Source: Eledone cirrhosa
Lineage: Eukaryota
Direction: 5' to 3'
Assembly: GCA_964016885.1 (NCBI GenBank)
Contig: OZ024743.1
Coordinates: 72,044,001-72,108,000, forward strand
DNA length: 64,000 nucleotides
The notes beneath the pieces are model-generated. The model was not told where the DNA came from and ran no database searches. It worked only from the letters and a program-made list of their open reading frames with translations. Each line of letters starts with the position of its first letter. Positions within the stretch are counted from its first letter, which is position 1. The position numbers were made by a program, and so were the translations under genes. This document shows, one piece after another, positions 52,901 through 64,000 of the stretch.

Positions 52901-55900
52901 TACTTTCTACACATACAGCTACTTTCTACGCAGACAGCTGCTTTCTACACATACAGCTGCTTTCTACACATACAGCTGCTTTCTACACATACAGCTGCTT
53001 TCTACACATGCAGCTACTTTCTACACATACAGCTACTTTCTACACATGTAGCTAGTTTCTACACATACGGCTACTTTCTACACATACAGCTAGTTTCTAC
53101 ACATACAGCTACTTTCTACACATACAGCTACTTTCTACACATACAGCTACTTTCTACACATACAGCTAGTTTCTACACATACAGCTACTTTCTACACATA
53201 CAGCTACTTTCTACACATACTGCTACTTTCTACACATGCAGCTACTTTCTACAGATACAGCTACTTTCTACACATACAGCTACTTTCTACACATACAGCT
53301 ACTTTCTACAAATAGAGCTAGTTTCTACACATACAGCTACTTTCTACACATACAGCTACTTTCTACACATAGAGCTACTTTCTACACATACAGCTACTTT
53401 CTACACATACAGCTACTTTCTACAGATACAGCTACTTTCTACACATACAGCTACTTTTTACAGATACAGCTAGTTTCTACACATACAGCTACTTTCTACA
53501 CATACAGCTACTTTCTACACATGCAGCTACTTTCTACACATACAGCTACTTTCTACAAATAGAGCTAGTTTCTACACATACAGCTACTTTCTACACATAC
53601 AGCTACTTTCTACACATACAGCTACTTTCTACACATACAGCTACTTTCTACACATACAGCTACTTTCTACAAATAGAGCTAGTTTCTACACATACAGCTA
53701 CTTTATACACATACAGCTACTTTCTACACATACAGCTACTTTCTACACATACAGCTACTTTCTACACATAGAGCTACTTTCTACACATACAGCTACTTTT
53801 TACAGATACAGCTAGTTTCTACACATACAGCTACTTTCTACACATACAGCTACTTTCTACACATACAGCTACTTTCTACACATACAGCTACTTTCTACAA
53901 ATAGAGCTAGTTTCTACACATACAGCTACTTTATACACATACAGCTACTTTCTACACATACAGCTACTTTCTACACATACAGCTACTTTCTACACATAGA
54001 GCTACTTTCTACACATACAGCTACTTTCTACGCATACAGCTGCTTTCTACACATACAGCTGCTTTCTACACATACAGCTACTTTCTACACATACAGCTAC
54101 TTTCTACACATACAGCTACTTTCTACACATACAGCTACTTTTTACACATACAGCTACTTTCTACACATACAGCAACTTTCTACACATACAGCTACTTTTT
54201 ACACATACAGCTACTTTCTACGCATACAGCTGCTTTCTACACATACAGCTGCTTTCTACACATACAGCTACTTTCTACACATACAGCTGCTTTCTACACA
54301 TACAGCTACTTTATACACATACAGCTACTTTCTACACATACAGCTACTTTCTACACATACAGCTACTTTCTACACATACAGCTACTTTCTACACATAGAG
54401 CTACTTTCTACACATACAGCTACTTTCTACACATACAGCTACTTTCTACACATACAGCTACTTTATACACATACAGCTACTTTCTACACATACAGCAACT
54501 TTCTACACATACAGCTACTTTCTACACATACAGCTACTTTCTACACATACAGCTACTTTCTACACATACAGCTACTTTCTACACATACAGCTACTTTCTA
54601 CACATACAGCTAGTTTCTACAGATACAGCTACTTTCTACACATACAGCTACTTTCTACACATACAGCTACTTTCTACACATACAGCTACTTTCTACACAT
54701 AGAGCTACTTTTTACAGATACAGCTAGTTTCTACAGATACAGCTACTTTCTACACATACAGCAACTTTCTACACATACAGCTACTTTATACACATACAGC
54801 TACTTTCTACACATACAGCTACTTTCTACACATAGAGCTACTTTCTACACATACAGCTACTTTCTACACATACAGCTACTTTTTACAGATACAGCTAGTT
54901 TCTACAGATACAGCTACTTTCTACACATACAGCTACTTTCTACACATACAGCTACTTTCTACAAATAGAGCTAGTTTCTACACATACAGCTACTTTATAC
55001 ACATACAGCTACTTTCTACACATACAGCTACTTTCTACACATACAGCTACTTTCTACACATACAGCAACTTTCTACACATACAGCTACTTTCTACACATA
55101 CAGCTAGTTTCTACACATGCAGCTACTTTCTACACATACAGCTACTTTCTACACATACAGCTACTTTCTACACATACAGCAACTTTCTACACATACAGCT
55201 ACTTTCTACACATACAGCTACTTTCTACACATACAGCTACTTTCTACACATACAGCTACTTTCTACACATACAGCTACTTTCTACACATACAGCTAGTTT
55301 CTACAGATACAGCTACTTTCTACACATACAGCTACTTTCTACACATACAGCTACTTTCTACACATACAGCTACTTTCTACACATAGAGCTACTTTTTACA
55401 GATACAGCTAGTTTCTACAGATACAGCTACTTTCTACACATACAGCAACTTTCTACACATACAGCTACTTTATACACATACAGCTACTTTCTACACATAC
55501 AGCTACTTTCTACACATAGAGCTACTTTCTACACATACAGCTACTTTCTACACATACAGCTACTTTTTACAGATACAGCTAGTTTCTACAGATACAGCTA
55601 CTTTCTACACATACAGCTACTTTCTACACATACAGCTACTTTCTACAAATAGAGCTAGTTTCTACACATACAGCTACTTTATACACATACAGCTACTTTC
55701 TACACATACAGCTACTTTCTACACATACAGCTACTTTCTACACATACAGCAACTTTCTACACATACAGCTACTTTCTACACATACAGCTACTTTCTACAC
55801 ATAGAGCTAGTTTCTACACATACAGCTGCTTTCTACACATACAGCTACTTTCTACACATACAGCTACTTTCTACACATACAGCTACTTTCTACACATACA

Positions 55901-58900
55901 GCTACTTTCTACACATACAGCTAGTTTCTACACATAGAGCTAGTTTCTACACATACAGCTGCTTTCTACACATGTAGCTACTTTCTACACATAGAGCTAC
56001 TTTCTACACATACAGCTACTTTCTACACATACAGCTACTTTCTACACATACAGCTACTTTCTACACATAGAGCTAGTTTCTACACATACAGCTGCTTTCT
56101 ACACATACAGCTACTTTCTACACATAGAGCTACTTTCTACACATACAGCTACTTTCTACACATACAGCTACTTTCTACACATACAGCTGCTTTCTACACA
56201 TACAGCTACTTTCTACACATACAGCTACTTTCTACACATACAGCTACTTTCTACACATAGAGCTACTTTCTACACATACAGCTACTTTCTACACATAGAG
56301 CTAGTTTCTACACATACAGCTACTTTCTACACATACAGCAACTTTCTACAAATAGAGCTAGTTTTTACACATACAGCTACTTTCTACACATACAGCTACT
56401 TTCTACACATACAGCTACTTTCTACACATACAGCTACTTTCTACACATACAGCTACTTTCTACACATACAGCTACTTTCTACACATACAGCTACTTTCTA
56501 CACATACAGCTACTTTCTACACATAGAGCTACTTTCTACACATACAGCTACTTTCTACACATAGAGCTAGTTTCTACACATACAGCTACTTTCTACACAT
56601 AGAGCTAGTTTCTACACATACAGCTGCTTTCTACACCTAGAGTACTTTCTACACATTCAGCTACTTTCTACACATACAGCTACTTTCTACACATACAGCT
56701 ACTTTCTACAGATACAGCTAGTTTCTACACATACAGCTACTTTCTACACATAGAGCTAGTTTCTACACATACAGCTGCTTTCTACACATACAGCTGCTTT
56801 CTACACATAGAGCTAGTTTCTACACATACAGCTACTTTCTACACATACAGCTACTTTCTACAGATACAGCTACTTTCTACACATACAGCTAGTTTCTAAA
56901 CATGCAGCTAGTTTCTACACATACAGCTACTTTCTACAGATACAGCTACTTTCTACACATACAGCTACTTTCTAAACATGCAGCTAGTTTCTACACATAC
57001 AGCTACTTTGTATACATGCAGCTACTTTCTACACATACAGCTACTTTCTAAACATGCAGCTAGTTTCTACACATACAGCTACTTTCTACACATACAGCTA
57101 CTTTCTACAGATACAGCTACTTTCTACACATACAGCTACTTTCTAAACATGCAGCTAGTTTCTACACATACAGCTACTTTGTATACATGCAGCTACTTTC
57201 TACAAATACAGCTGCTTTCTACACATAGAGCTAGTTTCTACACATACAGCTACTTTCTACACATACAGCTACTTTCTACACATACAGCTATTTTCTACAC
57301 ATACAGCTGCTTTCTACACATACAGCTACTTTCTACACATACAGCTACTTTCTAGACATAGAGATAGTTTCTACACATGTAGCTAGTTTCTACACATACA
57401 GCTACTTTCTACACATACAGCTACTTTCTACACATACTGCTACTTTCTACACATACAGCTACTTTCTACAGATACAGCTACTTTCTACACATACAGCTAC
57501 TTTCTACACATACAGCAACTTTCTACAAATAGAGCTAGTTTCTACACATATAGCTACTTTCTACACATACAGCTACCTTCTACACATACAGCTACTTTCT
57601 ACACATACAGCTACTTTCTACACATACAGCTACTTTCTACACATACAGCTGCTTTCTACACATACAGCAACTTTCTACACATACAGCAACTTTCTACAAA
57701 TAGAGCTAGTTTCTACACATACAGCTACTTTCTACAAATAGAGCTACTTTCTACACATACAGCTACTTTCTACACATACAGCTGCTTTCTACACATACAG
57801 CTGCTTTCTAAACATACAGCTACTTTCTACACATACAGCTACTTTCTACACATACAGCTACTTTCTACACATACAGCTACTTTTTACACATAGAGATAGT
57901 TTCTACACATACAGCTACTTTCTACAAATAGAGCTAGTTTCTACACATACAGCTACTTTATACACATACAGCTACTTTCTACAAATAGAGCTACTTTCTA
58001 CACATACAGCTACTTTCTAGACATACAGCTACTTTCTACAAATAGAGCTAGTTTCTACACATACAGCTACTTTCTACAAATAGAGCTAGTTTCTACACAT
58101 ACAGCTACTTTATACACATACAGCTACTTTCTACACATAGAGCTACTTTCTACACATACAGCTACTTTCTACACATACAGCTGCTTTCTACACATACAGC
58201 TGCTTTCTACACATACAGCTACTTTCTACACATACAGCTACTTTCTACACATACAGCTACTTTCTACACATACAGCTGCTTTCTACACATACAGCTACTT
58301 TCTACACATACAGCTACTTTCTACACATACAGCTACTTTCTACACATACAGCTGCTTTCTACACATACAGCTACTTTTCACACATACAGCTACTTTCTAC
58401 ACATACAGCTACTTTCTACACATACAGCAACTTTCTACAAATAGAGCTACTTTCTACACATACAGCTACTTTCTACACATACAGCTACTTTCTACACATA
58501 CAGCTACTTTCTACACATACAGCTACTTTCTAAACATGCAGCTACTTTCTACACATACAGCTACTTTCTACACATACAGCTACTTTCTACACATACAGCT
58601 ACTTTCTACAAATAGAGCTACTTTCTACACATACAGCTACTTTCTACACATACAGCTACTTTCTACACATACAGCTACTTTCTACACATACAGCTACTTT
58701 CTAAACATGCAGCTACTTTCTACACATACAGCTACTTTCTACACATACAGCTACTTTCTACACATACAGCTACTTTCTACACATACAGCTACTTTCTACA
58801 CATACAGCTACTTTCTACAAATAGAGCTACTTTCTACACATACAGCTACTTTCTACACATACAGCTACTTTCTACACATACAGCTACTTTCTACACATAC

Positions 58901-61900
58901 AGCTACTTTCTACACATACAGCTACTTTCTACACATACAGCTACTTTCTACACATACAGCTACTTTCTACACATACAGCTACTTTCTACACATACAGCTA
59001 CTTTCTACACATACAGCTAGTTTCTACAGATACAGCTACTTTCTACACATACAGCTACTTTCTACACATACAGCTACTTTCTACACATACAGCTACTTTC
59101 TACACATAGAGCTACTTTTTACAGATACAGCTAGTTTCTACAGATACAGCTACTTTCTACACATACAGCAACTTTCTACACATACAGCTACTTTATACAC
59201 ATACAGCTACTTTCTACACATACAGCTACTTTCTACACATAGAGCTACTTTCTACACATACAGCTACTTTCTACACATACAGCTACTTTTTACAGATACA
59301 GCTAGTTTCTACAGATACAGCTACTTTCTACACATACAGCTACTTTCTACACATACAGCTACTTTCTACAAATAGAGCTAGTTTCTACACATACAGCTAC
59401 TTTATACACATACAGCTACTTTCTACACATACAGCTACTTTCTACACATACAGCTACTTTCTACACATACAGCAACTTTCTACACATACAGCTACTTTCT
59501 ACACATACAGCTAGTTTCTACACATGCAGCTACTTTCTACACATACAGCTACTTTCTACACATACAGCTACTTTCTACACATACAGCAACTTTCTACACA
59601 TACAGCTACTTTCTACACATACAGCTACTTTCTACACATACAGCTACTTTCTACACATACAGCTACTTTCTACACATACAGCTACTTTCTACACATACAG
59701 CTAGTTTCTACAGATACAGCTACTTTCTACACATACAGCTACTTTCTACACATACAGCTACTTTCTACACATACAGCTACTTTCTACACATAGAGCTACT
59801 TTTTACAGATACAGCTAGTTTCTACAGATACAGCTACTTTCTACACATACAGCAACTTTCTACACATACAGCTACTTTATACACATACAGCTACTTTCTA
59901 CACATACAGCTACTTTCTACACATAGAGCTACTTTCTACACATACAGCTACTTTCTACACATACAGCTACTTTTTACAGATACAGCTAGTTTCTACAGAT
60001 ACAGCTACTTTCTACACATACAGCTACTTTCTACACATACAGCTACTTTCTACAAATAGAGCTAGTTTCTACACATACAGCTACTTTATACACATACAGC
60101 TACTTTCTACACATACAGCTACTTTCTACACATACAGCTACTTTCTACACATACAGCAACTTTCTACACATACAGCTACTTTCTACACATACAGCTACTT
60201 TCTACACATAGAGCTAGTTTCTACACATACAGCTGCTTTCTACACATACAGCTACTTTCTACACATACAGCTACTTTCTACACATACAGCTACTTTCTAC
60301 ACATACAGCTACTTTCTACACATACAGCTAGTTTCTACACATAGAGCTAGTTTCTACACATACAGCTGCTTTCTACACATGTAGCTACTTTCTACACATA
60401 GAGCTACTTTCTACACATACAGCTACTTTCTACACATACAGCTACTTTCTACACATACAGCTACTTTCTACACATAGAGCTAGTTTCTACACATACAGCT
60501 GCTTTCTACACATACAGCTACTTTCTACACATAGAGCTACTTTCTACACATACAGCTACTTTCTACACATACAGCTACTTTCTACACATACAGCTGCTTT
60601 CTACACATACAGCTACTTTCTACACATACAGCTACTTTCTACACATACAGCTACTTTCTACACATAGAGCTACTTTCTACACATACAGCTACTTTCTACA
60701 CATAGAGCTAGTTTCTACACATACAGCTACTTTCTACACATACAGCAACTTTCTACAAATAGAGCTAGTTTTTACACATACAGCTACTTTCTACACATAC
60801 ATCTACTTTCTACACATACAGCTACTTTCTACACATACAGCTACTTTCTACACATACAGCTACTTTCTACACATACAGCTACTTTCTACACATACAGCTA
60901 CTTTCTACACATACAGCTACTTTCTACACATAGAGCTACTTTCTACACATACAGCTACTTTCTACACATAGAGCTAGTTTCTACACATACAGCTACTTTC
61001 TACACATAGAGCTAGTTTCTACACATACAGCTGCTTTCTACACCTAGAGTACTTTCTACACATTCAGCTACTTTCTACACATACAGCTACTTTCTACACA
61101 TACAGCTACTTTCTACAGATACAGCTAGTTTCTACACATACAGCTACTTTCTACACATAGAGCTAGTTTCTACACATACAGCTGCTTTCTACACATACAG
61201 CTGCTTTCTACACATAGAGCTAGTTTCTACACATACAGCTACTTTCTACACATACAGCTACTTTCTACAGATACAGCTACTTTCTACACATACAGCTAGT
61301 TTCTAAACATGCAGCTAGTTTCTACACATACAGCTACTTTCTACAGATACAGCTACTTTCTACACATACAGCTACTTTCTAAACATGCAGCTAGTTTCTA
61401 CACATACAGCTACTTTGTATACATGCAGCTACTTTCTACACATACAGCTACTTTCTAAACATGCAGCTAGTTTCTAAACATACAGCTACTTTCTACACAT
61501 ACAGCTACTTTCTACAGATACAGCTACTTTCTACACATACAGCTACTTTCTAAACATGCAGCTAGTTTCTACACATACAGCTACTTTGTATACATGCAGC
61601 TACTTTCTACAAATACAGCTGCTTTCTACACATAGAGCTAGTTTCTACACATACAGCTACTTTCTACACATACAGCTACTTTCTACACATACAGCTATTT
61701 TCTACACATACAGCTGCTTTCTACACATACAGCTACTTTCTACACATACAGCTACTTTCTAGACATAGAGATAGTTTCTACACATGTAGCTAGTTTCTAC
61801 ACATACAGCTACTTTCTACACATACAGCTACTTTCTACACATACTGCTACTTTCTACACATACAGCTACTTTCTACAGATACAGCTACTTTCTACACATA

Positions 61901-64000
61901 CAGCTACTTTCTACACATACAGCAACTTTCTACAAATAGAGCTAGTTTCTACACATACAGCTACTTTCTACACATACAGCTGCTTTCTACACATACAGCT
62001 GCTTTCTAAACATACAGCTACTTTCTACACATACAGCTACTTTCTACACATACAGCTACTTTCTACACATACAGCTACTTTTTACACATAGAGATAGTTT
62101 CTACACATACAGCTACTTTCTACAAATAGAGCTAGTTTCTACACATACAGCTACTTTATACACATACAGCTACTTTCTACAAATAGAGCTACTTTCTACA
62201 CATACAGCTACTTTCTAGACATACAGCTACTTTCTACAAATAGAGCTAGTTTCTACACATACAGCTACTTTCTACAAATAGAGCTAGTTTCTACACATAC
62301 AGCTACTTTATACACATACAGCTACTTTCTACACATAGAGCTACTTTCTACACATACAGCTACTTTCTACACATACAGCTGCTTTCTACACATACAGCTG
62401 CTTTCTACACATACAGCTACTTTCTACACATACAGCTACTTTCTACACATACAGCTACTTTCTACACATACAGCTGCTTTCTACACATACAGCTACTTTC
62501 TACACATACAGCTACTTTCTACACATACAGCTACTTTCTACACATACAGCTGCTTTCTACACATACAGCTACTTTTCACACATACAGCTACTTTCTACAC
62601 ATACAGCTACTTTCTACACATACAGCAACTTTCTACAAATAGAGCTACTTTCTACACATACAGCTACTTTCTACACATACAGCTACTTTCTACACATACA
62701 GCTACTTTCTACACATACAGCTACTTTCTAAACATGCAGCTACTTTCTACACATACAGCTACTTTCTACACATACAGCTACTTTCTACACATACAGCTAC
62801 TTTCTACAAATAGAGCTACTTTCTACACATACCGCTACTTTCTACACATACAGCTACTTTCTACACATACAGCTACTTTCTACACATACAGCTACTTTCT
62901 AAACATGCAGCTACTTTCTACACATACAGCTACTTTCTACACATACAGCTACTTTCTACACATACAGCTACTTTCTACACATACAGCTACTTTCTACACA
63001 TACAGCTACTTTCTACAAATAGAGCTACTTTCTACACATACAGCTACTTTCTACACATACAGCTACTTTCTACACATACAGCTACTTTCTACACATACAG
63101 CTGCTTTCTACACATACAGCTACTTTCTACAAATAGAGCTACTTTCTACACATACAGCTACTTTCTACACATACAGCTACTTTCTACACATACAGCTACT
63201 TTCTACACATACAGCTACTTTCTAAACATGCAGCTACTTTCTACACATACAGCTACTTTCTACACATACAGCTACTTTCTACACATACAGCTACTTTCTA
63301 CACATACAGCTACTTTCTACACATACAGCTACTTTCTACACATACAGCTACTTTCTACACATGTAGCTACTTTCTACACATACAGCTGCTTTCTACACAT
63401 ACAGCTACTTTCTACACATACAGCTACTTTCTACACATACAGCTGCTTTCTACACATACAGCTACTTTCTACACATACAGCTGCTTTCGAACACATACAG
63501 CTACTTTCTACACATACAGCTACTTTCTACACATACAGCTACTTTCTACACATACAGCTGCTTTCTACACATACAGCTACTTTCTACACATACAGCTACT
63601 TTCTACACATACAGCTGCTTTCTACACATACAGCTACTTTCTACACATACAGCTACTTTTTACACATACAGCTACTTTCTACACATACCGCTACTTTCTA
63701 CACATACATCTACTTACTACACATACAGCTACTTTCTACACATACAGCTGCTTTCTACACATACAGCTACTTTCTACACATACAGCTGCTTTCTACACAT
63801 ACAGCAGCTTTCTACACATACAGCTACTTTCTACACATACAGCTACTTTCTACACATACAGCTACTTTCTACACATACAGCTACTTTCTACACATACAGC
63901 TACTTTCTACACATACAGCTACTTTCTACACATACAGCTGCTTTCTACACATACAGCTACTTTTTACACATACAGCTACTTTCTACACATACCGCTACTT
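34981..64000 (+). repeat. 19-bp minisatellite array, consensus TTTCTACACATACAGCTAC, ~1,500 copies, open at the window end
   Basis: Uninterrupted 19-bp periodicity over 29 kb. Common variants: GCTGC, GCTAG, GCAAC, ATAGAG, CAGATAC, AAACATGC. Confidence 0.99.

Noticed and set aside
34981-64000. CRISPR-like array or repetitive protein gene
   Set aside because: Units are head-to-tail 19-mers without unique spacers, there are no cas genes, and the context is eukaryotic. ORFs arise from a stop-free consensus and are broken by TAG variants.

Overview
AT-rich, microsatellite-dense eukaryotic DNA with no intact host gene. An octopod cephalopod is my inference from the SINE families, recognised from memory rather than by search. 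Layout: (1) 1-4564 is a ~475-bp tandem array with strictly alternating A/B monomers. Every monomer carries an identical minimal type I hammerhead ribozyme motif (AACGGTG-CTGATGA-tAGCTaacaAGCTt-GAAA-CTAG-TA-CATCGTT), making it a candidate retrozyme / self-cleaving satellite and the most notable signal here. (2) 4.6-16.4 kb holds fold-back inserts, tRNA-derived SINEs (one nested, with a 13-bp TSD), an RTE 3' end and a CRE-type endonuclease relic. (3) 16.5-19.4 kb is a 5'-truncated Penelope-like element with a GIY-YIG domain and a ~1.17-kb inverted arm. (4) 19.4-33.3 kb is a 4-5 kb segment in three tandem copies, carrying RTE 3' ends, a mini-PLE, a 525-bp tandem-plus-inverted element and another hammerhead motif. 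(5) 35.0-64.0 kb is a 19-bp minisatellite (~1,500 copies) with 171-bp sub-periodicity and multi-kb internal duplications. Nearly all listed ORFs are repeat artefacts.
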